From the human T2T-CHM13v2.0 reference genome, Homo sapiens, in the NCBI RefSeq assembly GCF_009914755.1, contig NC_060931.1: 64,000 nucleotides of DNA, one strand, 5' to 3'. The notes below the pieces were generated by a model. It did not search any database. It saw only the letters and a program-made list of their open reading frames with translations, and was not told the origin of the DNA. A program made the position numbers and the translations under genes. Below are positions 40,823 to 56,119 of the stretch, one piece after another (within the stretch, counting starts at the first letter, position 1; each line of letters begins with the position of its first letter).

Positions 40823-42200
40823 CAGTGATTTTTGATGTTACTGTTGTAATTGTTCTGAAGTGCCACAAAAAGCTCCCATATAGGATGATGAATTTAATTC
40901 ATTCACTTTGTGTGTGTCCTAAGTGCACCATTTACCAGTCATTCCCCCTTCTCTCTTCCTTACCTCAGGACTCCTTATCCCTTGCAACATAACAATATTT
41001 TAATTAGGCTAATTAATAACCTTACAATGGTCTCTAAGTGTTCAAGTGAAAGAAAGAGTTACACATATTTCACTGTAAATCAAAAGCTACTAGTGATTCA
41101 GTTTAGTGAGGAAAGCACATTGAAAGAAGAGATAGACTGAAAGCTAGGCCTCTTGCACCAAACAACCAAGTAGTGAATGCAAAGAGAAAGTTTGTGAAGA
41201 AAACAAAAATTCCTATTCCAGTGAACACACAAATAATAAGAAAGTTGAAATAGATTTATTGCTGATATAAATAAAATTTTAGCAGATTGGATAAAAGATA
41301 AAACCAGCCACAAGATTTCCTTAAGCCAAAGCTTAATCCAGAGCAAGGCCCTAATGCTCTTAAATTCTATGAAGGCTGAGAAAGGGAAGGAAACTACAGA
41401 AGGAAAATGTGAAGCTCACAGAGGTGGCTTTATGAAGTTTAAGGATAAAAGCCACCCCCATAACATAAAAGTGAAAGGTGAAGCATCAAGTGCCAAATAA
41501 TATAGAACCTGCAGCAAGTTATTCCGAAGATCTAGGTAAGATCATGGATGGAAGTGGCTGCACTAAACAGCTTTTCAGTGTAGGCAAAACAGCCTCCTAT
41601 TGGAAGAAGATGCCATCTGGGATTTTCATAACTTGAGAGAAGCTAATGCCTGGCTTCAAAGTTTTAAAGGACAGGTGGACTCTCTTGTAAGGGATTAATG
41701 TAACTGTGAACTTCAAAGCCAATGCTCATTTACAATTCTGAAAATCGTAGAGCCTTTAAGAATTATGCTAAGTCTACCTTGCCTATGTGCTATAAATGGA
41801 ACAGCAAAGCCTGGATGACCTTACATCTGTTTAAAGCATGGTTTACTGACTACTTCAAGTTCATTGTTAAGACTTACTGATCAGAAAAAAAGGTCCATTT
41901 CAAAATATTACTGCACACTGGCAATGCACCTAGAAACTCAAGAGCTCTGATAGAGTTGTACAAGGAAATTAATATTACTGTCATGCCTGCTAACACATCC
42001 TGCATCTGGTGGATCAAGGAGTAATTTTGACTTTTAAGTCTTACTCATCAAGAAATATATTTTGTCAGGCTGCCATAGACAGTAATTCCTCTTATGGGTC
42101 TGTGTAAAGTAAAGTGGAAACCTCCTGAAAATGATTTACCATTCTAGATTTCCATTAACAATATTTGTGATTCATGGGAGGAGGTCAAAATGTGAACTTT
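40823..42200 (+). mobile_element. Tigger1, middle segment with degenerate transposase
   Basis: Resumes cagtgatttttgatgttactgttgtaattg; transposase start atggtctctaagtgttcaagtgaaagaaagag at ~41027; tattggaagaagatgccatctggga; ggatcaaggagtaattttgac. Confidence 0.92.
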
Positions 42201-44037
42201 GAATGAGGAGTCCGAGCAAAATGGCCAAATAGAAGCTTTCACTGATCATCCTCCCCGCAGGAACATCATACTTGACAACTATCTACACAAAAAGCACTTT
42301 CATAAGAATCTAACAGCATGTAAGCAATCACATACCCGGTTTTGACTTCTTATTGCTGAAAAAAGCACTGAAGAAGGTAGAAAAGACATTCTTGAATTGC
42401 TGAAAACACCCCTTACCCATCCCCCAGCTGCGGCTGCATGGCGTTGAGAGAGAATTTGTGCGCTTTGGGTGAGGGAGAGCACAGTGATCGGGGGACTTTG
42501 TATTGAAACTGAATGCTGCCAGCCCTGGGAAGAACTCAGCTGGTGCCTACGAAGGGTGCATTTAGACCAGCCCTAGCCAGCGGGGAAGTGCCCTTACCAA
42601 CAGTTGAAAGCTAAATTTCTTTAAGCCTCACCACCTCAGGCTAAAGTAATCTGGGGTTCTAAATAAACCTAAAAGGCTGTCTAGGCAACAGAGACTGCTT
42701 ATGTCACTCCTCCCTGAGCTCCAGGAAGCTCAGCAGAGAGAGATACTCCATTTGTTTGGGAGAAAGTAAGTGAAGAGAGCAAGAGTTTCTGAATAGTAAC
42801 CCAGAAAAATTTTCCAGACCATATCCAAGACCACCAAAAAGTCTGAAAGAACTACAGTTTCACTGGGCTTGGGGTGGCCCCTAATATTGATATGGCTGCA
42901 GTGACCAAAACCTTATATCACAACACCCAATTCCCTTTAAATACCTGGAAAGCCTTCCCAAGCAAGATGATTAAAAATAAAAGCAGAGTGCAAAGACTAC
43001 AAGGAATTCCTAAGTCTTCAATGCTCAGACACTGTTGTATATCCACAAGCATGACCATCCAGGATAATATTGCCTGAGGAAATGAACTAAATAAGGCACC
43101 AGGGGACAATCCTGGAGAGACAGAGATATATATGACCTTTCAGATGGGAAAATAAAAATATCTTTGTTGCAGAAACTCAAAGAAATTCAAGATAACACAG
43201 AGAAGAAATTTAGATTCCTATCAGATAAATTTAACAAAAAATTGAAGTAATTAAAATGAATCAAGCAGAAATTCTCAAGTTCAAAAATGCAATGGCCCTT
43301 CTAAGGAATGTATCAGAGTTTCTTAATAGCAGAATTGAACAAACAGAAGAATGAATTAGTGAGCTTGAAGACTGGCTATGAAAATACACAGTCAGAGGAG
43401 ACAAAATAACAAAATAATAGAAAGCAATGAAGCATGCCCACAATATCTAAGGAAATAGGTCCAAAAGGGCAGATCTAACGATTATTGGCCTTAAAGAGAA
43501 GGTAAAAAGAGAGACAGTGGTAGAAAGTTTATTCAAAGGGATAATAACAGCTTTCCAAAACTAGACAAAGATATCAATATTCAAGTAAAATATACAAGAC
43601 TATCTCAAGATATTTAATAATTAAACTCCCAAAGGTCAAGGATAAACAAAGATTTCTAATAGCAGCAAGAGAAAAAAGAAACAAATAATAAACAATGGAT
43701 GTCCATTATGTCTGGCAGGAGATTTCTCAGTGAAAACCTTACAGGCCAGGAGAGAGTGGAATGATATATATTTAAAGCACTGAAGGAGAAAAAACTTTTA
43801 CCCCAGAACAATATATTCAGTGAAAATATCTTTCAAACATGGAGGAGAAGCAAGACTTTCTAGACAAACAAAAGCTGAGGGCTTTTGTCAACACCAAACA
43901 TGTCCTACAAGAAATGCTGAAGGGAGTTTTGAGAAATTCATGAAAATTAATTCAGAAAGAAAAAAGAACAGTAATGAGCAATCAGAAATCACCTGAAGGC
44001 ACCAAACTCAATGGTAATAGTAAGTACACAAAAAACA

Positions 44038-44336
44038 GGCTAGGTTAGGCACAGTGGCTCATGCCTGTAGTTCCAGCAGTTTAGAAGGCTGAGGTGGGTG
44101 GATCACTTGAGGTCAGGAGTTTGAGACCATCCTGGCCAACATGGTGAAAACCCATCTCTACCAAAAACACAAAAATTAGCCTGATGCGGTGGTGAGTGCC
44201 TATAACCCCAGATACCCGGGAGGCTGAGGCAGGATAAATGCTTGAACCTGGGAGGCAGAGGTTGCACTACTGCACTCCAGCCTTGGCAACAGAGTGAGAC
44301 TCTGTCTCAAAAACTAATAAATAAATAAACAAACAA
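44038..44336 (+). mobile_element. AluSx/Sz-like SINE in L1
   Basis: Dimeric Alu with gatcacttgaggtcaggagtttgagacc; short deletion in the right arm. Confidence 0.93.
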
Positions 44337-46690
44337 CTCCCCCCCACCCCAGAACCCACACTATTATAACACTGTAATTGTGGTATGTAAACTACTCATA
44401 TCTTCAGCAAAAAATGAAAAAAATAACTGATCCAAAGTAATAACTGCAAAAACTTTTGAAGACATAGACAGAACACTAAGATAGAAATAGAAGCCACAAA
44501 AATTTAAAAAGCAAGGAGACGAAGTTAAAGAATAGAATTTTTATTAGTTTTCTTTTTGCTTGTTTATTAGTATGTTTGTTTATGAAATCAGTATTGTTCC
44601 CATCAGGTTAAAATAATGGGTTATAAGATATTATTTACAAGCCTCATAGTAAACTCAAATTTAAAAACTGCAATGGATACCCAGAAAATAAAAGCAAGAA
44701 ATTAAAATATACCAAGAGAAAAAATTTACCTTCACTAAAAGAAAGAGAAGAAGGAAAGAATGAAGGAAGGAAGGAAGAGGAGACCACAAAAAAGACATAA
44801 AACATAATCAAAATGGTAGAAGTAAGTTCTTACTTATCAATAGTAACAGTGAATGTATAATAAATAGACCAAACTGTTCATTCAAAAGATATAGATTGTG
44901 GCTAAATGGTTAAAAATAAGATCCAAAAACCTGTTGCCTACAAGAAATATCCATCACTTATAAAACACACATAGACTAAAAATAAAGAGATGGAAAAAGA
45001 TATTCCATGTAAATGGAAGCAAAAAAAGAGCAGGAGTTGCTATGCTTACATCAGACAAAATATATTTCAAGAGAAAAACTATAAAAAGAGACAAAGACTG
45101 TCATTATGTAATGATAAAGGGGTCAATTCAGCAAGAGGATATAATAATTGTAAATGTATACACATACTCAACACTGAAACACCCAGCTATGCAAAGTAAA
45201 TATTCTTAGGGCTAAAGAGATATACCCATATACAATAATCACCAGAGACTTCAAAACCCCACTTTCGGCATTGTACAGATCATCCAGACAGAAAATAATC
45301 AAGAAAACACTGGACTTAATCTACTCTAGAGACCAAATGGAATGAATATATATTTATAGAACATTTCATTCCGTGGCTGAAGAATACACATTCTTCTCTA
45401 GAGCACATGGGTCATTGAAGGATAGACTATATGTTAGGCCACAAAATATGTCTTAAAACACTTTAAAAAGTTGAAATCATTTCAAGTACCTTCTCTGACT
45501 ATAATGAAATACAACTAAAAATCAACAAGAAGAATACTTTCTGAAAGTATCCAAATACATGAAAATTGAACAGTATGCTTCTGGATGACCAGTGGGTCAA
45601 CAAAGAGATTAAGAAAGAAATTGAAAACTTTCTTGAAACAAATGATAATGGAAACCAAACATACCAAAACCTATGGGATACAGCAAAAGCAGTAACAAGA
45701 GGAAAGTGTAAAGCCATAGGTGCCTATATCAAAAAATAATAACAACTTCAAAAAACAACCTAATGATGCATCTTAAAGAATTAGAAAAGCAAGAGCAAAC
45801 CAAACCCAACGTTAGTAGAAACACATCAGAGTAGAAATAAATAATATTGAAACAAAGAAAATAGTACAAAAGATAAAGGAAATGAAAAGGTTTTTTGAAA
45901 AGATATCAAAAATTGAAAAACTCTTAGCCAGACAAAAAAAAAAGAGAGAGAAGACCCAAATAAATACCATCAGATGAAAAAGGAAACATTGCAACTGATA
46001 CAACAGAAATTCGAAGGATCATCAGTGGCTACTATAAACAACTATATGCCAATACATTGGAAAATCTAGAAGAGATGGATAAATGCCTAGACACATACAA
46101 CCTACTAAGATTGAACCATGAAGATATCCAGAATATGAATAGATTAATAATGATGAGATTGAAGCTGCAATAAAAAATTCCCCTAGCAATGAAAATCCTG
46201 GGAGCTGATGGCCTCACTGCTGAATTTTACCAAACATTCGAAGAAGAACTAATGCCAATCCTACTCAAACTATACCCACCCCCCCAAAAAAAGAGAGATA
46301 GAGAGAACACTCCCAAACTCATTCTATAAGGCCAGTATTATTACCCTGATACCAAAACCAGTCAAAGACACATCATCTTCATCAAAAACAACACCACCAC
46401 CCACCTAAACTCACAGGCCATTATCTCTGATTAACACTGATGCAAAAATGCAAAATTATCAACAACATACTAGCAAATTGAATCAACAATACATTAAAAA
46501 TTAATTCATCATGAGAAAATTATATTCTTGAGATACAAAGATGGTTCAACATACACAAATCCATCAGTGTGATACATTATATCAACAGAATGAAAGATAA
46601 AAATCATATGATAATTTCAATTGATGTTAAAACAGAATTTGATAAAATTCAACACTGCTTAATGATAAAAATCCTCAGGAACATATCTCA

Positions 46691-47012
<322 letters not shown>

Positions 47013-49324
47013 TCAACATAATAAAACCCATATACGACAGACCCATAGCTAGTATTAGGCTGAATGGAGAAACAATGAAAGTCTTTCCTGTGAGATCCGG
47101 AACACAACAAGGATGCCCACTTTCACCACTATCATTCAACATAGTATGGAAGTCCTAGTTGGAGTACTCAGATAACGAATAAAGGGCATCAAAATAGGAA
47201 GGGAAGTCAAATTATCCTTGTTTACAGATTATATGATCTTATATTTTGAAAACCCTAAAATCTCCACCAAAAACTCCTAGAATTGATAAACAAGTTTAGT
47301 AAAGGTGCAGGATAAAAAATCAACATACAAAATCAGTAATATTTTTGTATGTCGAAAGCGAACAATCTGAAAAGAAATCAAGAAAGTAATGCCATTTACA
47401 ATAGCACAAATAAAATTAAATACCTAGGAATAAACTTACCAAAGAAGTGAAAGATCTCTACAATGAAAACTATAAAACATTCATGAAAGAAATTGAAGAA
47501 AACATAAAAAAGGGAAAAATAATGGTTATGAATTGGAAGAATCAATACTTTTAAAATGCCTGTACCACCCAAAACAATCTACAGATTGAATGAAATGCCT
47601 GTAAAAATTCCAAAGATATCCTTCACAGAAATAGAAAAAAATATCTTAAATTTTATATGGAGCCACAAAAGATCCAGAATAGCTTAAGCTATCCCCAGTC
47701 AAAGAAAAATCCTGGTGGAATCACACTACCTGACTTCAAATTATATTAATATTATGGAGTATACTAACTGAAGCAACATAGTATTGGCATAAAAGCAGAC
47801 ACACAGATCAATGGAAGAGAACAGTGAACCCAGAAACAAATCCATACATCTATATTACACTAATATTTGACAAAGCAACCAAAAACGTAAATTGTGGAAA
47901 GGATAGTCTCTTCAATAAATGGTGCTGGGGAAACCAGATGTCCATATGCAGCAGAATAAAACTAGATCCCATATCTCTTACCATACACAAAAATAAAATC
48001 AAAATGGATTAAAGTCTTAAAGCTAAGCCCCCAAACCATGAAACTACCCCCCCCACACACACACAAATTGGGGAATCTCTCCAGGAAATTGGATGAGGGA
48101 AAGATTTCTTGAGTAATACTCCACAAGCACAAGCAATCAAAGCAAAAATGGACAAATGGAGTCACATCCAATTAAAAAGCTTCTATGCAGCAGAGGATAA
48201 AATCAAAGAAGTGAAGCAACAACCCACAGAATAAGAGAAATCATTTGCAAACTACCCATCTGACAAAGGATTAATATCTAGAATATATAAGGAGCTCAAA
48301 CAACTCTATAGGAAAAAATCTAATAATCCAATTAACAATGGGCAAAAAGTCTGAATAGACATAAAAATGGCAAATAGGTATATGAAAAGGTGCTCAACAT
48401 CACTGATCATAAGAGAAATGCACATCAAATCTACGATGAGATATCACCTCACCCAGATAAAGTAGATATTATCCAAAAGACAGGCAATAACAAATGTTGG
48501 TGAGGATGTGGGGAAAGGGGACCCCTGTACACTGTTGGTGGGAATGTAAATTAGTACAGCCACTATGGAGAACAGTTTGGAGGTCCCTCAAGAACGAAAA
48601 ATAGGCCAACCTTATGATCCAGCAATTCCAATCCTAAGTGTATACCTAAAATAAAGGAAATTAGTACATCAAAGAGATACTGCACTTTCATGTTTATTCC
48701 AGCACTATTCACAATAGCCAAGATTTGGAAGCAACCCAAGTATCTATCAATAGATAAATAAATAAATAAAGTGTGGTACTTATGCACAATGGATTATTAT
48801 TCAGCCATAAAAAGAATTAGATCCTGTCATTTGCAACAACACGGATGGAACTGGAGGTCATTATTTTAAATGAAAAAAGCCAGGCGCAGAAAGACAAACT
48901 TTACATATTCTCACTTATTTGTGTGCATTAAAAATTAAAACAGTTGAACTTATGGAGATAGAGAGTAGAATAATGGTAACAAGAGGCCGGTAAGGATAGT
49001 GGGGGTAGTGGCAGGGAAATGGGGATGGTAAGTGGATACACAAATATAGTTAGATTGAATAAGATCTAGTATTTGATAGCACAACATGGTGACTATAGTT
49101 AATAATAATTTAACTTTACATTTAAAAACAACTAACATAATATAATTGGATAGTTTGCAACACAAAGGATAAATGCTTGAGGTGACGGATACCCCATTTA
49201 CCCTGACACAATTTTTAGACATTATATGCATGTATCACAATATACTATATACCTCAAAAAGATATACACCTACTACGTACCCACAACAATAAAAAATTAA
49301 AAAACTTAAAAGTAAGGTAAAATA

Positions 49325-49545
49325 AATTAAAATATTATATTGACATTAACAGGAGTCTGAAAGAAGTTGATTTCAACTCTCATGAATGATTTTGAGGTGT
49401 TCAAGACTTTGGTGAAGGATGCAACTGCAGATGTATTGGAAATACCAAGAGAACTAAAATCAGAAGTGGAGCCTAAAGAGGAGACTTAATTGTTGCAATC
49501 TCAGGATAAATCTCGTGATAAAATTTCAATGAATGAGGAAATTTT
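49325..49545 (+). mobile_element. Tigger1, 3' continuation (truncated)
   Basis: acattaacaggagtctgaaagaagttgatttcaactctcatgaatgattttgaggtgttcaagac continues Tigger1 from gaggtcaaaat at 42181-42191. Confidence 0.9.
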
Positions 49546-51480
49546 AGCATTTTTTTGAAACATATATATTAATTTTTTAGCTATATCCCATTGTATTATT
49601 TTTAGTGGTTGCCTTGGATATTACTGTATTTATCTTATCACAATCTAGTTCAAGTTAATATTGTGCTAATCCAGGTACAGTATAGGAACCTCACAAAAAT
49701 ATGTTTTCATTTACTCACTATACCTAGAGCTACTATTGACATATATATTGTGTCATTACACATTATAATACAAATGATTATATATTATTACTTATTATAT
49801 ATTATTACATAAATTATTATAAGGCTTACCTTAAATGAACATATATTCTCTTAAAAATATTTAGAGAAGTAAAAAATATATATGTATACTTTTAATTTAC
49901 TCACATATTTACCATTTCTGATGCTCTTCATTTCTTCCAACATATTCAAGGTAGTATCTGACGACATTTTGCTTAGACTAAAGAATTTTCTTTCAGATTT
50001 ATACTTCTTTTTGTTTCTTGGACCTGTAAGTTAGTATTGTTTATCTAATTATGAAAGTGTTTGATAGTCACTTCAAATATTTTTTGCTACTCATTTTCAT
50101 TCTCTTTGTTCTTTCTATGACTAAATTTACATTTACGTTAAACTTCTTGATAGTTTTCTACATATAAGTAACTGTTAATTTTTTAAAAATCTTCTTTTTC
50201 TGCATATTTCAGATTGAGTAACCTATATTCATATTTTCAATTATTAATCTTTTCTTCTGCCATTTCTAGTATGCTGTTTATGGCACCTACTGAATTTTTA
50301 ATTTCAGTATTAGTTTTTAGTTCTAGAATTTCCATTTTGTATAGTTGTAAATCATCTATTAATATATCTTATCTATTCACAGTAGGATTTTTTTTAGTTG
50401 TTTGAAAACAACTTTTAATATTCTTGAAGATTATTTACAGTAGTTGTTTTAAAGTCATAGTACATTAAATTCAACTGCTTATCATCAATTTCTCTTAACT
50501 GATATATTTTTCTGAGTATGGGTCCTACTTTCATGTCTTTCATCCGTAGTAATTTTTGTTTGAAAACATGACATTTTAGATAATACATCGTGTCGACCCT
50601 GGATTTTGTTATATGATTTTGATGACTTTTTGTTGTTGTTGTTGTTTGATCCATAGTCAGTTAACTTGCTTGCACTTGAATTTCTTCTCTCCCAGAGTAC
50701 AGCAGCTACTTTTACTTAGTACAGATAGATTCCAGCTGCTGCTGTTTTATCCTGGCCCTGTGGATCGTTGCTGTGACTATTTGGTTTGATAATTACCCAA
50801 TAATTTGGGGAGGTTTTATGATTAGATTTTGGAAGGAGGATTACCTATCTATTTCTTGTTTGGATACTTATTTAAATTACCAGTTGTTCTGCAAGCCTTG
50901 AACGTTTCAATCTTTTGACACCTGAAGCCAATAATGTTTAATGTTCTGCTGCTTGATATGGGAATGGGTAGGGGAGTGCATACAGTTTAAAAACATATAT
51001 AGGAAACTCAGAAACCTCATCTTTTGTCAATCTCTTTCAGGATTAGTTTCCACTCCGGACAAGCCTTCTTTTTCATGGAACCCCTGGTGCCACCTCTACA
51101 CATATATATTTTAGTTATTGATGTGGGAATTTGGGCAGTATTTTTACTCATATTTTGTGTCTCATTCCTGTTGCTTTTTTGCTTTAAATATTTCTCACTT
51201 AAGTTTTCAATTAATTTTCCAGCCCCAAATTCTCTCCTCTATCACCTTAAATTGAAAATTCTGTAGTTTTGCAACCGTTGTAATCATGCATGTGGGTTGG
51301 AAAATCAACCCAAGCAAGAAAGCCACAAATTCACAACTCTTTATTTTGCAGATGGGTGTTTCAAAAATAAAATCTAATTTGTTTTATGTCTTGATTTGGC
51401 CACTTTTAAATGCCTGTAGGTAGTTGATTTTCTAAAATATATTTTGTAGGTATTTTGTTATTATTACCTATAACACGTTT
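49546..51480 (-). mobile_element. Old degraded L1M fragments
   Basis: Antisense L1-like T-rich sequence (tttaccatttctgatgctcttcatttcttcc; gaatttttaatttcagtattagtttttagttctagaatttcc); boundaries approximate. Confidence 0.55.
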
Positions 51481-53379
51481 CGTGTAGCTGCTTCATTTGC
51501 CTTAATTACCTGCTTCTATTCACGCTCAAAATGAACTTTACTCATGGCTCAATATAACACACTGTTGCTTCATGAGCTTTCCATATGTATAATTTAAGCC
51601 TGTACTCCAAATACCAACTTTTCATATTTCTCTCTTGAAACTATCAAAAGAGAAAATCTTTATGTGTTATCTAATTACCTAAACATATTTGGTCAGAGTG
51701 TCAGTGCTGGCCGGGCTACATGTTGTCTTTCCTTAGGTCAGTTGCTATTCCCTAGCCTAATTAATAATGGCAAGACTGGCAAAGTCTAACAAGGTTCAGA
51801 ACATGTACCCCAGCCTGGCTCAGAGAGGTAATAAATCTCCTAGGCTTTCTCTGTAACCTTGATCAACTTGTTAATTAAATAATTTTTTTGTAAAGGATGT
51901 GACAATGAAAAGCATTACAATTACTATTACCAGTTTAGAAGAAACCCCATAATGCTGAAAAAAATACATTTTGTTTTAATTTTATTTAGGTGATGAAAAA
52001 TTAAAGTTTTTGCAAGTGAAGCTTAATTATTTTTTTAAGAACCTGTAAAACTCAGTGAAGAAATGTACGATTGCATATTGAAATTTAGAACTTAAAATGT
52101 CCTTAATGTTTAATGTGTTCGACTACTAAATAGATGAGTTTCAAGATATAATTTAACATTTCATAGCCAGATAATGACATAACAAGACTAGCATATACAT
52201 CTTTAAACTCCAAGTCTATTGCTCCATTTGTTCTACACTTCTGCCAACATATGTAGGCTTATATAAAAAGAAAAAAAACCCAAAATACTCGCACTATAAC
52301 ACTAATCTGAGGAATATTTATGCCAACTTTATATAGTAAAGTCCTTTAAATTATGTATATATACTTTGGTGCATCTAACTGTGGTACAATATATGAAGAT
52401 GTTTAGTAAATTCTACAATCTTCACAAGATTGCTACATTATATAGTTAAAATTAATAATTAAAAGTATAAATTCTTGATTAGATTAGAAATGATTTTAAA
52501 ATTTTTCATTCAAGATGGCAGACTTGATAGATATATAAATTATTTTCTTTCATGATAAATCATAAACATGAAATATATATATTTTTAAAGACAGAAACTC
52601 TTAACAAATAAAATAACTAGAATTTAATAATCAACAGACAAAAGATTTAAACACATTTCTGGGAGATGAGAGTGGATTGAAAAAGAGATAACAGCTGAAA
52701 AAGCCACAACCTATGCAGTGTTTCTGGTCCAAGTGAATTAGAAGGGAGCTGATCTGCCATAGAGAGTAAGAATTTCAGAGAGGCTCTGAATTCTGCAAAG
52801 TTGGCACTGTATAGAAAGGAAGAGAAAGAGATGCTGCAGACAAGGAAATATACAAAGTCCATATGAAAAAAAAGGCTTGATACGTTTCCTTATCCTGCAT
52901 GCCAAATTGCCACATAGGGTTGGTTGGGGGAGGCTTTCTCTAAAGAAGTAGAATGTATTATTCAAGAGAACATGATCCTGTATTTGGATCTTTTTTTTTT
53001 ATTATTGATTCAATGTGCTGTAAGTAGTAGTGTCATCAATTTGGAGACATTTACTCTTCAGAATTCCCAAACTATCTTCTATTATTACCTAGATAATTTC
53101 CTGCTGATAATTTATATTACTAACTTGATAATTTTGTATTATCTGTTCTCTCTTTCCAGTACTCATATTGGTTGAATACTATTTTCACTGTGTTTTGATC
53201 TGTAGTCTAATATTTCTGCAAATATTTTCATTCTCACTAATATTCATGTTTTCTTAAAATATACATTTATCAGGTAATAATAGAAGTTAGTTTAGCAACC
53301 CTGAAGAGCGTTTCCAAATTGATGCCACTGCTACTTACAGAACAATGAATCAATTAAAAAAATAAAGATCCAAATAAAG

Positions 53380-54540
53380 GGCCATAGTTTGTGAAATCTC
53401 AGAATGCCAAACGTAAATGTAAGATCCCAATGACTTTCAAAAATCAGAAATAGGCCACCTACAGAGGACTAAGTTACAGGAGGATTAGATCTTCCACCAG
53501 CAACAATAGGTGCTGAAAACAACCTAACCGAGTTTTGAGAGTGTAGAGGGAAATAATGATGTTTAATTTAGAATTCTAAACCTAGACAAAATACAAACAA
53601 GTGTGAAGGAAGAACACATCAATTTTCAGACGTGTAGTTACTGATGCCACATAAAACTGAAAGCTGCTTTTACTTCAGTGAAGAAAAATTATAGATCAAA
53701 AAAGAGTACTACAAGGGATCAAGAAAACATTGAGAGGATTTAGAAGTCCCAGGACAGCTTGGATTCACTAGGAGAATAGAGATATGAGACATAAAAGGAA
53801 TTCAATAGAACATATAATATGATGAACAACTTCATAAATCCAAAATATAATAAAACTACTTGGTAGAGCACAAAATGGAGAGTCAACTTAAACTTTATAT
53901 TATGAACATTTCCTTTCTGTAGTACATGGCTAACATAGAACTTAAGAGTAGGAAATGTAATTCCAACATACAACTTCCCTTTGCAGAGAATAACATTTTT
54001 AAAATGTAACCATGATAGTTTAAATATTATATTGGTTTTGAAATTTCAAATCAACACATCCAATGATTTAAGAAGAGTTAACAAAAATGTAATAAACCTG
54101 TATCTTCTTATGTCTTCTTACTGTATTTAATAGCAAAGGAAATGGGGGCTTGAATATATTATTGGAAATTTTAGAGTTGTAAAGTCAGGTTAGTGGTAAA
54201 GCAATATTTTCGGAGGGAGTACGTGAATGGTATGAGATATAATCTTACCTACTGTATCAGAAAGTCACTAAGCAATATCTAAAGTTGACAGACCATAGAA
54301 TATTATTTAGAGATGTGGAGTTAGTAACAAAATGAACTAAAAAAGCAAAGATTGAAAGAAGTTGATGGTGAGGAAAGAAGAAAAAGGATTAGTCTGGGGG
54401 TGGAAAGAAAAAGATTGAGGTAGGAATGTATTGTTCTTCATTATAAACATTTCAATATAATTTTACTCTTTAAAAACCCTTTAATAACTTTAATAACTTT
54501 AATACACCCATGTTCATGTATTACTTTGATCTTTTAGAAA
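53380..54540 (+). mobile_element. Old L1ME-like fragments
   Basis: aatttagaattctaaacctagacaaa (ORF1-like) and L1ME 3'-like ending catgtattactttgat; heavily degraded. Confidence 0.45.
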
Positions 54541-55374
54541 AAAATCTAATGAAGCAGAAAATTACTAGAGTATAGGGCATTACTAGAAACAGTGTGTGTG
54601 TTCATGTTTTGGTCTGGTCTACCAATATAGATAATAACTTGTTGGAGGCACAATCTATCATCAAAACAAAACAAAATTATATGCTTCCTACATTATACAT
54701 CAAATAAAAGGCAAAATCTCCAGGAATAATTCTTAATAGTGGATTCAAAGATTCAAGTAGTAGTCACCTTCAATATAATTATTTAAGCTAAACATTTTTT
54801 AAACTGCAGACAACAAGCTAGCAGTTTGATTATGTTGAAAAAATATCCAGCTCCTATGTCTAGGAATTATTTGAAGATTAACAGACAAATCCATTTAGTT
54901 AAAAGTCCTCAGGAAACACACATTTTATTCCACGTACTAAGTGCATAATTGAAAAAGGAATTTTGTTAAGTGATTTTTTTGGAGAGTAGCTATCTAGGAG
55001 TGAAAGTTTTAAGGCAATTTGATTTCAACAGTGAGAGTATGATTTTGTATATATGGAAATATTCTCTCAAAAAATTGCCTTAAGACATCATTGAGTGTAT
55101 GCCATGGTTTCAATGGTGGAATGAGTTAATTCACATCATAGGGCCAAATAAAAGAATCAGAAATAAATTGAATTGTCTATCTGTTGTCCTGATAAAGTGG
55201 AAGTTAGATTTTAAAAGTTCCAACATTACTCAATTATGCTCTCTACACAATGCATTTTAACTAAAAAATATATTGATATCCTGAACGGCATTTGAAGGCT
55301 ATTTGATAAGATTTCACTGAGCACGGAAGATCCTGATAACTATATTGACTAATGGTAAGTAAAGAATTTGTAAC

Positions 55375-55950
55375 CATAGTGTTTTAATGACTATAGCTTT
55401 GTAATATAATTTGAAGCCAGGCAATGTGATGTCTCCAGCTTTGTTCTGTTTACTAAAGATTGCCTTGGCTACTCATGGTGTTTTGTGGTTCCATATACAT
55501 TTTAGGATCACTTTTATCTATTTCTGTGATAAAGGATATTGAAATTTTGTTAAAGATTACACTGATTTGTAGATCACTTTGGACAGTATGGACATTTAAA
55601 CAATATTAATTCTTCCAAATTATAAACGTAAGATATCCTTATATTTATTTGTCTCTTCTTGAATTTCTTTTATTAAAGATTTGTAATTTTCAATGTATGG
55701 ATTCTTCACCTCCTTAGTTGCGTTAATTCCTAAGAATTTCATTTTTTATATTGCTATCATAAATTGATTTTTTTTATTTTGGGGGGAATAGTTTGTTGTT
55801 AAGTGTAGAAAACTGTTACTGATTTTTACGTATTGATGTTGTATGCTGGCAATTTACTGTATTTGTTTATCAGTTTTAATAGTTTTTTGTGATGCCTTTA
55901 GGGGTTTCTATATGTAAGATTATGTCATCAGCAAACTGTAACAATTGTAC
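55375..55950 (-). mobile_element. L1M ORF2 fragment
   Basis: ctatagctttgtaatataatttgaagccaggcaatgtgatgtctccagctttgttc...gattatgtcatcagcaaac (antisense FADD RT motif). Confidence 0.88.
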
Positions 55951-56119
55951 TAAAATATAACACATTTAAGTTCTATTGACCATTAAATAAATTTGCACAG
56001 ATTACCTGACAGCTACTGCTATCTCTGGTATTTACCCCGATGTCCATATTTCCCTGGTTCTCAGTCTCCCCACAAGGCTTCTAAGAAGCATTGCATCCTC
56101 CCTTGCTCTAATAATCTGT